Below, one piece after another: positions 63,342 to 64,000 of a DNA stretch of 64,000 bases. The stretch comes from Octopus bimaculoides (taxonomy: Eukaryota). The notes beneath the pieces are model-generated. The model made no database searches. It was not told where the DNA came from and was given only the letters and a program-made list of their open reading frames with translations. The stretch is taken from contig NC_068995.1 of the NCBI RefSeq assembly GCF_001194135.2, forward strand, positions 37,527,968-37,591,967, read 5' to 3'. Both the position numbers and the translations under genes were made by a program. The first letter of the stretch is position 1. Each line of letters begins with the position of its first letter.

Positions 63342-63768
63342 TGCAGGCTAGGCTGTGTGGAGGAGTTTGTCTCTCCTCGTAAGGATAAGGGCACAGAAAA
63401 TGTGTCAAGGCCTAATAGGAAGCGGTCAAGCTTCCTAGGGCTAAACAGCAGTAGTATATTCCCTTATTGGGACTGTCACGTTAAGTTGGCAGTATACAAC
63501 TACCTTATATATATATATATATATATATAATAAATTAATTGATTAATTCAGTAATAGGATAAAGTCTTTTATAAGAATTTGTCAAGTAGCTAGCGTGAAA
63601 AGACCTCATAAGGGGAAAATCCATCATCTATTCCCTAAAATATATTTATTTATATAAGGGCATTACTATACATGAATGCTTCACGCTAAGAGGGACCATA
63701 ATAAACACATTTTTAGCGAACGCGAGGAAATGCAACTCTCAAAGCTAGCCCCCTTAAAAACAGGCTAA

Positions 63769-63829
63769 ACTATAGATCATGGTTTCGTAGTTATTACAGT
63801 AATATGCAACTTCTACTCACCAGTATAGT
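63769..63829 (-). ncRNA. Minimal hammerhead ribozyme with two point mutations
   Basis: Minus strand: actata-ctggtga-gtag...ctac-gaaac-catg-atc-tatagt. 6-bp stem I and 4-bp stem II; A6->G in the core and G16.2->A break the accatggt palindrome. Confidence 0.65.
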
Positions 63830-63967
63830 ATGGTCAAGACATAAAAATTAACAAAAAAATCACACACATATATATTTATTTATATGCATACGCATATATA
63901 TAATTCCACACATACACACGCACGCACAAAGGCACACACACACACACAAACATATATATAACATATG

Positions 63968-64000
<33 letters not shown>

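Overview
This is AT-rich, repeat-saturated eukaryotic DNA with 12 N-gaps, most of them flanked by microsatellites. The SINE, LINE and microsatellite make-up suggests an octopus or other coleoid cephalopod, but that is inference from repeat content only. I found no supportable host protein-coding gene, tRNA or rRNA. The window is a graveyard of degenerate transposons: tRNA-derived SINEs (two main families); RTE, R4/Dong, Tx1/L1 and CR1-like LINE fragments; three kinds of Tc1/mariner remnant; a probable solo LTR; and many Penelope-like elements (PLEs) of Neptune-like and Naiad-like type. The most notable signal is a set of minimal type-I hammerhead ribozyme (HHR) motifs. One has a fully canonical core and sits at the tip of a ~138-nt rod-like hairpin (63250-63387). 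Two lie on opposite strands in the arms of a ~510-bp fold-back at the 5' end of a near-complete PLE (30580-31089). Several more are mutated or non-canonical. All translations and pairings were done by eye, and element boundaries are approximate.
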